A DNA stretch of 64,000 nt, taken from the sequence record PX421306.1; one strand, 5' to 3'. This document shows, piece after piece, positions 48,452 through 58,814 of the stretch; the stretch's first letter is position 1, and each line of letters begins with the position of its first letter. Made by a program: the position numbers and the translations under genes. Origin of the DNA: a phage. The notes under the pieces are model-generated. The model made no database searches. It was not told the origin of the DNA and worked only from the letters and a program-made list of their open reading frames with translations.

Positions 48452-48583
48452 TTAAATTTTCCAGTTACCGTTTTCATCAATGAATTTAATCCAGTCATTT
48501 ACTGACCACTTGGTCGTATCGCCTTTTGGAGCAATATTTAAAGTGTATAATCCTTGTTTAAAAAGCATGCGTTTGATATTCAT
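48452..48583 (-). CDS. Small protein (43 aa)
   Basis: Track ORF trimmed to ATG with SD GAGGAAAAT, avoiding overlap with the upstream ORF. Confidence 0.45.
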   Translation of the reverse strand: MNIKRMLFKQGLYTLNIAPKGDTTKWSVNDWIKFIDENGNWKI

Positions 48584-48590
48584 ATTTTCC

Positions 48591-48884
48591 TCAGCTGTAA
48601 CGATAGCACTCGTTTGATTTACGCTTAGCAACTCGTTGAGAAGTATTGTAATCAAAATCATCGTCAATGTAAACTGATTTTTTCAACTTTCTTACTTCAC
48701 CACGTAATTGACGATTTAACTCATCTTTAACTTCTGAATCAATGCCTTTCATTCTACGCCATTTATCTGAGCGAAAAATGTTTTCAACCATATCTTTATG
48801 ACTTACACCATCAGGAGCTTTACGCTTTCCGAAATAGTCATAATCACGTACTTTTAAATCTTTACGACGATACGTTTTACCCAT
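48591..48884 (-). CDS. Basic protein (97 aa)
   Basis: Track ORF (GTG) trimmed to first ATG; Lys/Arg-rich; start uncertain. Confidence 0.55.
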   Translation of the reverse strand: MGKTYRRKDLKVRDYDYFGKRKAPDGVSHKDMVENIFRSDKWRRMKGIDSEVKDELNRQLRGEVRKLKKSVYIDDDFDYNTSQRVAKRKSNECYRYS

Positions 48885-49059
48885 GGAGTTTAATTTCCTT
48901 AGCAACTGAACTAAATACAGCACGATCACAAATCATCTGTTTATGTAACTTGAGTATAAGATAATAAACTTCAAAACCGTTTACATAAGTAACACGAACA
49001 ACATTACCATTAATAAAATAATATTGTCCCTTTTTAATTTCTTTATCAACCACAATCAT
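48877..49059 (-). CDS. Hypothetical protein (60 aa)
   Basis: ORF track; ATG with SD GAGGATTTGAT. Confidence 0.5.
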   Translation of the reverse strand: MIVVDKEIKKGQYYFINGNVVRVTYVNGFEVYYLILKLHKQMICDRAVFSSVAKEIKLHG

Positions 49060-49083
49060 ATCAAATCCTCAAAGGCAATTCAT

Positions 49084-49124
49084 ATGTTAATAATACCACA
49101 GTTTGAACTTCTTGTAAACAACTT
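49084..49124 (-). promoter_or_regulatory. Early promoter
   Basis: Minus GTTTAC (plus 49114-49119), 18 bp, GTGG + TATTAT (plus 49090-49095). Confidence 0.6.
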
Positions 49125-49189
49125 TGTGAAATTATTTTAGGGAATGATAAGAAGGGAACGATAGCTTAGAATGGTAATATACAGAATGT

Positions 49190-49213
49190 GTGAAAGAAAG
49201 GCCCAGAGGGCCC
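49190..49213 (-). terminator. Intrinsic terminator downstream of nrdH
   Basis: ggccc-agag-gggcc followed by a UUUCUUUC tract on the minus RNA. Confidence 0.6.
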
Positions 49214-49216
49214 GTC

Positions 49217-49525
49217 TTAGTCTTCTATGATATCTCTATCATATCCAAGTGAAATGAGAGTTTCTTTGAAGTGTTTAATGTTCTTTTGTCTAGAATCATT
49301 GATGAAAATGACTGGATAACGAATGTTAAGAGATGTGAATCCAGCGCGTTTAGCAAGAGATACAATCAGTGGACGATCATACTCAATCTTACCATTATTT
49401 GTAAGAACTTTATAGAAAGTAAAAGGAGCATTGAGCTCCTTTAGAAGTTTTGTAACTGATTGACATCCAGGACAACGACCTACTTCATCTGGAATTCCAT
49501 AGACTTCAATCTTGTTTTGTTTCAC
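49217..49525 (-). CDS. nrdH: Glutaredoxin-like protein NrdH
   Basis: 102 aa with CPGC redox motif; GTG start with SD AAGGAA; adjacent to nrdG. Confidence 0.8.
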   Translation of the reverse strand: MKQNKIEVYGIPDEVGRCPGCQSVTKLLKELNAPFTFYKVLTNNGKIEYDRPLIVSLAKRAGFTSLNIRYPVIFINDSRQKNIKHFKETLISLGYDRDIIED

Positions 49526-49527
49526 AA

Positions 49528-49764
49528 CTATTCCTTACTAAGAGCAGCATTCAGCTTATTAGTAATTTTATCCAGACGCTCATTGAACTCACTAGAAGAT
49601 AGTCCTTTTTCTGGAGAAATCAAACTAATCACGAAAAATATAGCAATAAAAGGAATAAGGAAAATAGCTCCAACTGCCATAAACAAAAAGAATGTTACGG
49701 TTGTAAGAAAATCAGCTAAACCTTTACGAAATTTATACGTATTTACCCTTAATTGATTAACCAA
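49528..49764 (-). CDS. Putative small membrane protein
   Basis: ORF track (TTG start); hydrophobic core; true start unresolved. Confidence 0.4.
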   Translation of the reverse strand: MVNQLRVNTYKFRKGLADFLTTVTFFLFMAVGAIFLIPFIAIFFVISLISPEKGLSSSEFNERLDKITNKLNAALSKE

Positions 49765-49854
49765 GCATTGATAAGCACTAAACTATATTGCGAATAAAAT
49801 TCTGGACCAAAATGAAAAATCATATCATTTATAGTGTCCATAATATAATTCAAT

Positions 49855-50325
49855 TTAATCATGTTTCCACACCCCATCGGTATTTGACCAAAGTCGCTGA
49901 TTATCTGAACCTCGCCACAGCTTTTTGGTCGGAAGATTTTTCTCATACTTCCCATCAATAATAACATCAACATATTTAAGCATTTCTAGTTGTTTAATAT
50001 CTTCAAACTTATATCCTGTCCACAACCAAATGCTTTTATTCGGATAAAGATTTTTTACTGTTTGAACAATGCAATGAACAACATCTCGGTTATCTGGATA
50101 GAGAGGGTCTCCTCCAGTTATAGTTAATCCTTCTATATAATCATTATTCAAACATTTAATTAATTGTTCTAGTGTTTCACCAGTGAATGGAACGCCATTT
50201 CTAGCATTCCATGTTGATTTATTATAACACCCTTCACATTTATGCAAACAACCTGTAACGAAAAGAACGACCCTGCATCCAGGGCCATTCACAAAATCAC
50301 AGGGATAAAATCTATCGTAATTCAT
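49855..50325 (-). CDS. nrdG: Anaerobic ribonucleotide reductase activase NrdG (radical SAM)
   Basis: 156 aa with Cys cluster CLHKCEGC. Confidence 0.95.
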   Translation of the reverse strand: MNYDRFYPCDFVNGPGCRVVLFVTGCLHKCEGCYNKSTWNARNGVPFTGETLEQLIKCLNNDYIEGLTITGGDPLYPDNRDVVHCIVQTVKNLYPNKSIWLWTGYKFEDIKQLEMLKYVDVIIDGKYEKNLPTKKLWRGSDNQRLWSNTDGVWKHD

Positions 50326-52139
50326 TGGTGTTTAACCCTATGCATGATTTCTTTATTTTTGCCGAGATTAAATCCGCGTTCATTCGGATTTCCCAAATAA
50401 CCACAAGTTCTTCTTATTGTGTTCATCTTTTTAGGATCAGTTTCTCCACAAATAGAACAAACAAATCCGTTTTCAGTAGGAGTCATTTCATGGGTACTTC
50501 CACACGTAAAACATTTATCTACTGGCATGTTAACACCAAAATAATCTAAATGTTGTGCAGCATAATCCCATACAGCCTCAAGACCTTTTAGGTTATTTTT
50601 CATATCAGGAAGTTCAACATAAGAAATGTGACCGCCTGTCGCAATGAAATGATATGGGGCTTCGCGAGAAATCTTTTCAAACGGAGTAATATTTTCTTCT
50701 ACTGAAACGTGGAAACTATTAGTGTACCAACCTTTATCAGTAACATCTTTTACGCTTCCATATTTTTCGGTATCAAGTTTACAGAAGCGATAGCACAGGT
50801 TTTCAGCAGGTGTAGAATACAAACTAAAAGCAAAACCAGTTCTTTCAGTCCACTGCTTAAGACGAGCATTCATTTTAGTTAAAATTTCCTGTCCAATATC
50901 ACGACCGACAAGAATATTCAATTCGTGAATACCAATGTATCCTAAGGACACTGAACTTCTACCGTTTTTAAATAACTCAATTATATCGTCATCAGGTTTA
51001 AGACGAACCCCGAATGCACCTTCTTGGTAAAGAATAGGAGCAACAGTCGCTTTAACTCCTTTTAAGGAACTAATTCTACACATCAAAGCTTCAAAACACA
51101 AATCCATTCGTTCATTGAACAATTCGGCAAATTTCTGTTCATTGAATTGTGTTCCAATATAAGAATCTAACGCAATGCGAGGAAGATTCAGTGTTACAAC
51201 GCCAAGATTATTACGTCCATCAAGAATTTCATTACCAGTCGAATCTTTCCATACGCTCAAGAAACTACGGCAACCCATTGGAGAAACAGGAATAGATGAA
51301 CCGGTGATAGCTTTATTGTTCTTAGCCGAAATGATGTCAGGATACATTCTTTTACTTGCACACTCTAGAGCAAGCTGCTTAATATCATAGTTCGGATCGT
51401 CTTTATAAAGATTAACACCTTCTTCAACGAACATAACAAGTTTAGGGAAAATAGGAGTTATCCCATCACGACCAAGGCCTTTAATACGATTTTTCAGAAT
51501 TGCTTTCTGAATCATTCGTTCAGTCCAGTCAGTTCCCGTACCAAATGTAATTGTTACAAAAGGCGTTTGTCCGTTTGAACTAAAGAGAGTATTTACTTCG
51601 TATTCATAAGCTTGGAACGCATCGTATACGTCTTTTTCTGTTTTAGATTGGGCATAATTCAACGCATCAGCGATTTGCCATTTTTCTGCATCCTCAATAT
51701 GTTTTGCATAGGTGCGTTTAACATAAGGAGAAAGGACTTTATCTACATTCGCAAAAGTCGTTCCACCATATTGATGGGAAGCAACCTGTGCAGTAATTTG
51801 TGCCATAATTGCAGTAGCAACACCGATTGATTTAGGAGTTTCAATCTGTGCATTACCGAGCTTAAATCCGTTCTCAAGCATTCCTTTTAAATCTACTAAA
51901 CAGCAATTAGTAAATGGAAGAGCAGGGGAATAATCAATATCATGGAAATGAATAATTCCGCTTTCATGCGCTTTCATAATAAAAGACGGGACCATATTTT
52001 TGGCAATGTGTTTAGACACAATACCAGCCATAAGGTCCCGTTGAGTTGGAAAAACACGAGAATCTTTATTAGCATTCTCGTTTAAAAGGTCTTTATTAGT
52101 TTTATGAATCAATCCTTCAATTTCTTTTTCAATTGTCAT
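50322..52139 (-). CDS. nrdD: Anaerobic ribonucleoside-triphosphate reductase NrdD (intronless)
   Basis: 605-aa continuous ORF with C-terminal glycyl-radical motif RTCGYLG. Confidence 0.95.
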   Translation of the reverse strand: MTIEKEIEGLIHKTNKDLLNENANKDSRVFPTQRDLMAGIVSKHIAKNMVPSFIMKAHESGIIHFHDIDYSPALPFTNCCLVDLKGMLENGFKLGNAQIETPKSIGVATAIMAQITAQVASHQYGGTTFANVDKVLSPYVKRTYAKHIEDAEKWQIADALNYAQSKTEKDVYDAFQAYEYEVNTLFSSNGQTPFVTITFGTGTDWTERMIQKAILKNRIKGLGRDGITPIFPKLVMFVEEGVNLYKDDPNYDIKQLALECASKRMYPDIISAKNNKAITGSSIPVSPMGCRSFLSVWKDSTGNEILDGRNNLGVVTLNLPRIALDSYIGTQFNEQKFAELFNERMDLCFEALMCRISSLKGVKATVAPILYQEGAFGVRLKPDDDIIELFKNGRSSVSLGYIGIHELNILVGRDIGQEILTKMNARLKQWTERTGFAFSLYSTPAENLCYRFCKLDTEKYGSVKDVTDKGWYTNSFHVSVEENITPFEKISREAPYHFIATGGHISYVELPDMKNNLKGLEAVWDYAAQHLDYFGVNMPVDKCFTCGSTHEMTPTENGFVCSICGETDPKKMNTIRRTCGYLGNPNERGFNLGKNKEIMHRVKHQ

Positions 52140-52609
52140 TTTAAACTCTTTCTAAGCTGCTTCTTAAATGAAGCTATTAATTGTGTTTTAGTGTCAGATT
52201 CATTATATTCAAATCCTCTTTGAAGCATCTCAGCCATCATTTCCTCTTTTCCTAAACGAGAAAATTCCTTTGATTTATCTCCAACGAAGTTAGGGTGAAT
52301 ATTATTTTGGGTGTAATCGGATTTTAAATAAGTAAGTAAATTTTCTAGCCATTCAAGATAATCAACACCTTGTCCCTTTAAGCCAGAACGATTGAATTTA
52401 TGCTTCATTTGACCTTCTGCAGCATTACAGAGATTACATAGCAACCCACGTACCTTTCCTGCTTTTGGTCCATTTAATTCATGGTCATGGTCAAGGTGAT
52501 TAGCTTGAACATCAGGATTTAGTTCTCGTTGGCAAATTAAGCATTTACCGTTTTGTGCATCATAAAATTTTTGTTTTTCTTCTTTGTATAATTTGCCAGT
52601 CAATAACAT
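52136..52609 (-). CDS. 49: Endonuclease VII gp49 (Holliday junction resolvase)
   Basis: 157 aa with zinc-binding Cys motif; matches T4 gp49. Confidence 0.95.
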   Translation of the reverse strand: MLLTGKLYKEEKQKFYDAQNGKCLICQRELNPDVQANHLDHDHELNGPKAGKVRGLLCNLCNAAEGQMKHKFNRSGLKGQGVDYLEWLENLLTYLKSDYTQNNIHPNFVGDKSKEFSRLGKEEMMAEMLQRGFEYNESDTKTQLIASFKKQLRKSLK

Positions 52610-52659
52610 AATAAATACCCTTACCTTGAATAGATAAGGGTATTTATTATTTTCAAGTA

Positions 52660-53106
52660 TTAAAACGCTCGGTCAGAAAAAGAAATTTGAGTTTCAAGCC
52701 ATTCAATATATTCTGCCGCAGCTTGCATCAAATTTCCTTCGTAATCATCAATTTCTTTTTTCAACGCCGATTTAGATAATGCATATGAAATGCGTTCACC
52801 TTGAAAAGCGGCTTTAGGTTTATGAATAGCTTGATCAACTCGTTCTACAACTTCTTCAATTTCGCCATTTTCTACTGATTCAGTATTCCATAAGCACCAA
52901 TACGTAATTGGCTTATCGTAGATGTTAATAATCTTTCCATCAGAAAGTTCAATTTCAATAATTCCAGTATCAGGTTCTATATCATCTTCGCATTCTTTTG
53001 CGAGTTCACGAACTTTAAAGACAGTACCTGCACTAAGTTCCGGCCAATAATTACACAACCCTGTATCAGCACGATTAATTCTAAACCACTTATCTACTGT
53101 AATCAT
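52660..53106 (-). CDS. Hypothetical protein (148 aa), pin-like by position
   Basis: Track ORF trimmed from TTG to ATG with SD GGAG; immediately downstream of gene 49. Confidence 0.75.
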   Translation of the reverse strand: MITVDKWFRINRADTGLCNYWPELSAGTVFKVRELAKECEDDIEPDTGIIEIELSDGKIINIYDKPITYWCLWNTESVENGEIEEVVERVDQAIHKPKAAFQGERISYALSKSALKKEIDDYEGNLMQAAAEYIEWLETQISFSDRAF

Positions 53107-53229
53107 GTCCCATCTCCATATCAATTAAGTCATTTATCGTAGGTTCATTATATACTGTTTCTTCATCAGTGTAAACCGGTTCTTCCGGCTCTGGCTCTAC
53201 AGTTTCCCATCTAGCCGCCCACCAAGGTT

Positions 53230-53550
53230 TTATAGCGTAATCCATTCTCGTATTGTCTGAGTTACTACGCGTTCACGAGGCTCGACTAGTTCAACAGTTG
53301 GAACTGCATAATACCAGTCAGAATGGTAAGAACCTGAGCGAGATTCATTTACGGAAACATGTACATTATGTTTCGGACTAAAATAAACGCACTGCCGATA
53401 TTGGCATTTGCCATCTTGTACCCAATCTTCTATTTCGACAGGTTTAAGATAATCCGAAAAATCGAAATCATAATTTTCTGAAAATGCATCATGGTCTTCG
53501 ATGATTTCACTCAGAACTGCATCAACATCTAATTTATTTTCAATATTCAT
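53230..53550 (-). CDS. Hypothetical protein (106 aa)
   Basis: ORF track; ATG confirmed. Confidence 0.75.
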   Translation of the reverse strand: MNIENKLDVDAVLSEIIEDHDAFSENYDFDFSDYLKPVEIEDWVQDGKCQYRQCVYFSPKHNVHVSVNESRSGSYHSDWYYAVPTVELVEPRERVVTQTIREWITL

Positions 53551-53561
53551 TTTTCACCACT

Positions 53562-53771
53562 TTAATTTCGCAATTTATTAAGTTCTTCATAATCAATCCA
53601 GGATTCTAATCCTGATGGCAAATCAGATTCAATTTCCCAAAGAAGCTCTTCAATTTTCTGAAGACGATCTAATTCTTCAGCAGGAATAGTAACCATTGAC
53701 GGAGTTCTTGATACACTAATATCGTAAATCATATTTACCCCAGTTTGACCATGCAATCGCCGTATTTCCAT
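53562..53771 (-). CDS. Hypothetical protein (69 aa)
   Basis: ORF track; ATG confirmed. Confidence 0.65.
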   Translation of the reverse strand: MEIRRLHGQTGVNMIYDISVSRTPSMVTIPAEELDRLQKIEELLWEIESDLPSGLESWIDYEELNKLRN

Positions 53772-53950
53772 TTAGAAATAGACTTTTCACCGTTAGAATA
53801 ATAAACTTCGAGTTTAGCACGATTATTTTTAATTTGAATAACCTTTGCTGTCATCAAAGTTCCATACCCGTAATAAACTGCAACCTCATCACCTACATAT
53901 ACCGCGCTTCCGCGGTAGTCATGGATATAATCAGTTCCTTCGAGCATCAT
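53735..53950 (-). CDS. Hypothetical protein (71 aa)
   Basis: ORF track; ATG overlaps nrdC stop. Confidence 0.65.
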   Translation of the reverse strand: MMLEGTDYIHDYRGSAVYVGDEVAVYYGYGTLMTAKVIQIKNNRAKLEVYYSNGEKSISKWKYGDCMVKLG

Positions 53951-54210
53951 TTAAAGTATTCCCGCAATTGGTCAAATCCACCAATATGACTTCCATCAGG
54001 AGCAAATACTTGTGGCATTGTCAAACCAATTTGAGTATCACGACCCAGTTTAGTTAGAAGCTCAGCGATTTTCTCATCATCAAAAACACCTTTTTCCGGC
54101 ATAATGTTGATAAATTCAAACGGCTGTTTCTTCACAGTCAAAAGACGTTTTGCATTATCGCAATACACACATTTATGGATGCTGCTATCATAACCATATA
54201 CTTTAAACAT
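53947..54210 (-). CDS. nrdC: Thioredoxin/glutaredoxin NrdC
   Basis: 87 aa with CVYC active site; matches T4 NrdC. Confidence 0.9.
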   Translation of the reverse strand: MFKVYGYDSSIHKCVYCDNAKRLLTVKKQPFEFINIMPEKGVFDDEKIAELLTKLGRDTQIGLTMPQVFAPDGSHIGGFDQLREYFK

Positions 54211-54211
54211 A

Positions 54212-54454
54212 TTATTCCTTAATTCCTAGTACTTGTTTAAAAGTCTCGTCGTAATCAAGACTTTGACCTGTTTGTTCTTTATGTTTGTATATAATATCAC
54301 TTACTTCTGATAGCATATTTTTATATGAACGAGTTAAAGCAGATTTAAGCACGCTGTATCTATCAGGAAATTTACCATGTTCATTATAATACGCTATTGC
54401 TAATTCACGGACTGCCTTTTCAGCAATCTCCATATATTCTTTACGCTTTGTCAT
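54212..54454 (-). CDS. Hypothetical protein (80 aa)
   Basis: Track ORF trimmed to internal ATG to avoid a long overlap with the upstream gene. Confidence 0.6.
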   Translation of the reverse strand: MTKRKEYMEIAEKAVRELAIAYYNEHGKFPDRYSVLKSALTRSYKNMLSEVSDIIYKHKEQTGQSLDYDETFKQVLGIKE

Positions 54455-54455
54455 T

Positions 54456-54845
54456 TTAATCCAAAATATTATTAGGCATTGGTTGAACACTCGCAAGTTC
54501 TTTAAAGAACTCAGTAGAGTCAGGTAATTTAACCATTTCCGGAGCATGCTTACTAAATTTATGTTTGCAATGACGGCATTTATATTCAAGTTCCGGTTTA
54601 CGCCAGTTAATCAATTGAACCTGTTCAGTACCGCATTCAGGACAATTAGGAACGTTTTTAGAAGCCCTTTCGCGGCGTTCAACCATAACCATAATGGCAT
54701 CCCAGGCTGGAGGTTTAAAATCTAAATCATCACAACCATGAATCTTTCCACGCATTTCTAAATCGTCTTCTTCACCAGCCATAATAATTTTAATTAGACT
54801 GGAATTACTTGAAGCTGCAATATCTTCTAATAGACGCTTTTTCAT
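54456..54845 (-). CDS. Zinc-finger protein (129 aa)
   Basis: ORF track; Cys pairs CPEC...CRHC. Confidence 0.75.
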   Translation of the reverse strand: MKKRLLEDIAASSNSSLIKIIMAGEEDDLEMRGKIHGCDDLDFKPPAWDAIMVMVERRERASKNVPNCPECGTEQVQLINWRKPELEYKCRHCKHKFSKHAPEMVKLPDSTEFFKELASVQPMPNNILD

Positions 54846-55771
54846 TTCAGTACCTCAATAGCATTACGTAAACCATTTGCTTTTGCATTAAGAGCTTTTA
54901 ACAATTTAGTGTGTTCGGCAATTTGGGCTTCAACTTCAATCAAACGAGCATTGAGATATTCGCGTTCTTCGCTCAAGCTATCAACCTTTTCTACTTTAGG
55001 TTCTTTTACAACTGGCTTATATGTATTAGGGTTCTTCAGTTTAATTAGAATACGTGAACTGTATAACATTGAACCATTATTTTCGATTTCGTCATACATT
55101 TCTACTACGTCCATGATTTTTAACATCATGCGGAGTTTATAAGATAACGAACGAATAGTTTTGTTGTGCTTATTAATTTCTCTAGCTGTCATGGTGCCGA
55201 GATTACGTGAGTAATAATAAGGAACCTGGATATTAATTAATACTGATGAACCACCTGGCTTGTGTGTTACTTCATCAGCAATAACCCAGTCCTTAACATG
55301 AACTGTATTTGTACGGTCATCGCCCGCGGTAAATAGTTTACGAGCATGCTTAAAAAGCATATTCACTTGGTCATTGAATTGACAAGCAAATTTATCAGCA
55401 AATTTAGTTTCAGGAATGGTAGATAACCAATCAGCCAAATGGGTCTTTTTAACATCGTTAACAATAGTAAATTCAACCAAATCAGTTATAGATGTCTCAG
55501 ATTTAATAAAGCTCGGCTTCATAAAGTTTTTAATGTTATCGCGAGCTACAGTAGAAGATAACATACGAGAACGTTTAAACCATTGAAGCAAATTGCCCAA
55601 CGAATGAGAATAAGCGTTCTGTGTATCTTTACAGATATGATTTTCCTGGCCAACATACTGAAGGAAATCACGAAGAATATTATTGATTACTGCTCTGTGT
55701 CCGATCTGATAATTACGGTGTTTAGTAATAAGACTGTCAAAATAATCAATATAATGTTTACGAGTTTTCAT
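54842..55771 (-). CDS. Coiled-coil family protein 1 (309 aa)
   Basis: N-terminus MKTRKHYIDYF; C-terminal heptad-like E/K/L/A-rich tail; member of a four-gene tandem family. Confidence 0.8.
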   Translation of the reverse strand: MKTRKHYIDYFDSLITKHRNYQIGHRAVINNILRDFLQYVGQENHICKDTQNAYSHSLGNLLQWFKRSRMLSSTVARDNIKNFMKPSFIKSETSITDLVEFTIVNDVKKTHLADWLSTIPETKFADKFACQFNDQVNMLFKHARKLFTAGDDRTNTVHVKDWVIADEVTHKPGGSSVLINIQVPYYYSRNLGTMTAREINKHNKTIRSLSYKLRMMLKIMDVVEMYDEIENNGSMLYSSRILIKLKNPNTYKPVVKEPKVEKVDSLSEEREYLNARLIEVEAQIAEHTKLLKALNAKANGLRNAIEVLK

Positions 55772-55823
55772 GTTCTTCTCACTTGGTTAATGATTTATAC
55801 TCCGAGCCATCCTTGGCTTTAAA

Positions 55824-56825
55824 TTACTTAATTAACTGTAAAGCTTGTTCAAGACGATCCAGGCGATTAACAGATTCTTCCCAAATCCTTTTAGCCTGCT
55901 CATATTCTTTCTGCGCTTTATTAGAAATTTCTAGAACTTCTTTATAAGCCTTTTCTAGTGCAATAACTTCTGGACGAATTTCTACAGGTTCAGACGAATC
56001 ATCAAGATTATCCATTAGTTCCTCAAGTGTAATTTCTTCTTTAGGAGTATTCACAATTTCATCACATTTTTGTTGGTAAATTTCTTTATCAGTCGGTGAG
56101 TACGCACATTTCACTTCACGAAGACTAACTACAATTTTATATCCTTCCCAACCGCATATATTCTTAAAAGGATACGTATGAATATTTTCTACTGTTTCCA
56201 TACAAAGTAATGCGGTTTCTAATTGACGAGTTATAGTGCTAGCAATTGAGAAAAATTTATTAATGTTCTTTTGGTTAGTTTCTGGTGTAAAAAATCCATA
56301 ATTCACAAAAATAGATACTTTATTTTTATCAAGTTCATATTCTTTTATGATAATCATATCAGAAGCCAAAGGATGAATTTGACGATAATCGCCATAACAT
56401 AATTTAGAAGCTGATTTTAGAATCTGTCCTTTGAAAAGTCTGAAATTACTAATCCAACGACGAGTAAAAATATTCTCAGGGTCTTCTTTATTATTAAGAT
56501 GATAAGAATTAACATCACCGAACCAATTATATCCTACTACATCTTTGGTTCGTTTAATTTCTTTCCCAAAATTACCAAGAATATCCCGATTAACCAAATA
56601 TGAAAGAAGACGAGACTCTTTAAAGGTTTTCTTGATAAGATCTTTATCTACACGGCTAGAAATTTTACGAATTTCATGAATAAATTTAGTAGAAGAAACA
56701 ATACCTGCATCAACACTATTGAGCCATTGATTGATAATAGAAAGAACGCTATTTTGGCCAAACATCGGTATAGCTTTATCATCAATAACGCTATTGAATG
56801 ATTTGATATATTCGTTACGAGTCAT
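55824..56825 (-). CDS. Coiled-coil family protein 2 (333 aa)
   Basis: Track ORF trimmed to ATG MTRNEYIKSF with SD GAGGAG; motif R.W...FR..K.IL.SASKL; C-terminal coiled-coil tail. Confidence 0.8.
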   Translation of the reverse strand: MTRNEYIKSFNSVIDDKAIPMFGQNSVLSIINQWLNSVDAGIVSSTKFIHEIRKISSRVDKDLIKKTFKESRLLSYLVNRDILGNFGKEIKRTKDVVGYNWFGDVNSYHLNNKEDPENIFTRRWISNFRLFKGQILKSASKLCYGDYRQIHPLASDMIIIKEYELDKNKVSIFVNYGFFTPETNQKNINKFFSIASTITRQLETALLCMETVENIHTYPFKNICGWEGYKIVVSLREVKCAYSPTDKEIYQQKCDEIVNTPKEEITLEELMDNLDDSSEPVEIRPEVIALEKAYKEVLEISNKAQKEYEQAKRIWEESVNRLDRLEQALQLIK

Positions 56826-56847
56826 ATTAATCTCCTCAGTAGAAAGT

Positions 56848-56888
56848 AAGAACATTATACCACATCCTTGTGGCAAAGTAAACTAGTT
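56848..56888 (-). promoter_or_regulatory. Early promoter (near-duplicate of the rIIA promoter)
   Basis: Minus GTTTACTTTGCCACAAGGATGTGGTATAAT (plus 56854-56883), almost identical to 12398-12427. Confidence 0.65.
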
Positions 56889-57911
56889 TAGTGCATTTAG
56901 TGCGTTGTTCAGTTTAGAACGTTGCTTCGTAAGATTTTTGACTTTTTCTTGAGCTTTTTCTAGCATCTTTTCAGCTTCTAGCACTTCATTAGTTGCTTTA
57001 ACGAGTTCATCATCTACTGCCTTGATAGACTTCTCAATCGCATCGGCATGCCATTTTTCAACAGGTTTAAGACTCGGATTTTCAACAGGAAGAAAATTCA
57101 CTTTATTGAATTTCCATGAATCCTTATTACCTGAACTATACATCCAAAATTTAGGATCGTTTGATGAGTAATTAGATAAATTTAAATTTAAGTTATCTTG
57201 CACTTCTTGCTTTTTCTCTTGCGTGACTTCGTCCTTTCTCAAAAAATCGTATTTAAATGAAACGATCATATCAAGTTCATATGTTGTTGTTTCTAATTTA
57301 AATCGTTCGAAATGTTGTGAAATCTTAGACTGAACAGCGGCAACAACATCCATATACTTAAATGCTTCTGTCAACTGCGATTTAAGGCATTCGCAAATTG
57401 AAAGAGAATTTTTTGTATTAGGTTTAAAGCTAATTCGTGCAGTTCTGTTATTTTCTTTTAATGGTCTTACTTCCATCTGAAGAGTATAACCATCAAATTT
57501 CAGGTTCTTTAAGTTAATATCAGAACCTTTTAATCGACTCGCAGTTGATAAAATTTGCTTTAATTGTCTACGGAACAGAGCAATAAATCTCCATTCAATA
57601 CGATAATGATTTGGATTGAAAAATCCAGATGATAAATCGACCTTACTTTGACCAACGCCTTGAACAAATAAAGGATTTTTATAATCAATAGTTTTACAGA
57701 AATCGGTGAGTTGCTCACGAGCAGTCATTTGTGTAATATAACCCGCTTTACTAAAATTACGCACCCATTCACTGCTATTCGTATACTTAAAGTGATGAAT
57801 AACACGATTAACTTTATCAGGGTCTAAATTATTTTCACACAAAAATGTCATAACATCACGAGTATAGCTGGCGTTACGAACCATATCTTCAATTTGAGAA
57901 CGAGTTTTCAT
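56883..57911 (-). CDS. Coiled-coil family protein 3 (342 aa)
   Basis: N-terminus MKTRSQIEDMV; motif RIEWRFIALFRRQLKQILSTASRL; C-terminal coiled-coil tail. Confidence 0.8.
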   Translation of the reverse strand: MKTRSQIEDMVRNASYTRDVMTFLCENNLDPDKVNRVIHHFKYTNSSEWVRNFSKAGYITQMTAREQLTDFCKTIDYKNPLFVQGVGQSKVDLSSGFFNPNHYRIEWRFIALFRRQLKQILSTASRLKGSDINLKNLKFDGYTLQMEVRPLKENNRTARISFKPNTKNSLSICECLKSQLTEAFKYMDVVAAVQSKISQHFERFKLETTTYELDMIVSFKYDFLRKDEVTQEKKQEVQDNLNLNLSNYSSNDPKFWMYSSGNKDSWKFNKVNFLPVENPSLKPVEKWHADAIEKSIKAVDDELVKATNEVLEAEKMLEKAQEKVKNLTKQRSKLNNALNALN

Positions 57912-57919
57912 GGTGTTCC

Positions 57920-58807
57920 TTAAGATTTAAGTAAATCAACAATTTTAATTAACTTTTCACGCTCAGATTTAGCTTTACTACTCAATCCAGATAGTCTGAA
58001 AATTTCATCGTCATATTGTTGAATAGAAATATTCAGCTCTTCAATCTGCTTATTAAAATAATCAATTTGTTCAGAATGTTTTTCATTACTACGAACTGGT
58101 ACAGGTTTTGCAGGCAATGTAGTTGAACTGGATTCATTCGGGCGATAAATTAAAATACAACTTGAACCAATAGGGCATTTTGCACCAGATGAATATTCTA
58201 ATGTTCCAGCTTCTTTTAAAACTTCAAAAGCTAAACAGAGATGATGCCCCATATTAACATAATCTGTAGAGTGAGCTCTGATGTAATAATCATCTCCACG
58301 AATACTAAATTTAAAGCATTTAAGGTCTTCTGTATTATTGGTCTTAAAAATCATTTGTTTATCTAGACCTTTAGCTAATCGAGCGCCCAATGCTAATAAT
58401 CGTCGTTGATTTTCCCACAAATCTGCAATCATTTGGTCAAATGATAACTTCGGCATTAGTCGACCATAAAGGTCATATCCTTTATTATAATTACGAAGGA
58501 TTTCACTCGCGTTAATACGAGACAATGCTCCAATTTTATTAAGGGCTTTCATAATACGATTAGATAAACCCATTCCAGACCCGTTTGTTCGCTGTAAATG
58601 TTTTTCTAATCCAAATCCAATATCAACTTTAAACTTATCTAAAATTTCGGCGTGAACATCTCTGTCGATAACATTCAAATCCAAAGTTGGGTTAAATCTA
58701 TGAAAAAATTTATCTGACTCTCCACGACGAAGTACAGTCCATTCATTCAATTTTTTATTAACTAAAGATTTAATTACTGCATTGACATTATTAATTACTA
58801 CTGACAT
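57920..58807 (-). CDS. Coiled-coil family protein 4 (295 aa)
   Basis: Track ORF trimmed from TTG to ATG with SD GAGGAAAAT; motif LWENQRRLLALGARLAKGL; C-terminal coiled-coil tail. Confidence 0.8.
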   Translation of the reverse strand: MSVVINNVNAVIKSLVNKKLNEWTVLRRGESDKFFHRFNPTLDLNVIDRDVHAEILDKFKVDIGFGLEKHLQRTNGSGMGLSNRIMKALNKIGALSRINASEILRNYNKGYDLYGRLMPKLSFDQMIADLWENQRRLLALGARLAKGLDKQMIFKTNNTEDLKCFKFSIRGDDYYIRAHSTDYVNMGHHLCLAFEVLKEAGTLEYSSGAKCPIGSSCILIYRPNESSSTTLPAKPVPVRSNEKHSEQIDYFNKQIEELNISIQQYDDEIFRLSGLSSKAKSEREKLIKIVDLLKS

Positions 58808-58814
58808 ATTTTCC

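Noticed and set aside
49749-49973. 74-aa minus-strand ORF
   Set aside because: Overlaps the nrdG C-terminal coding region in another frame
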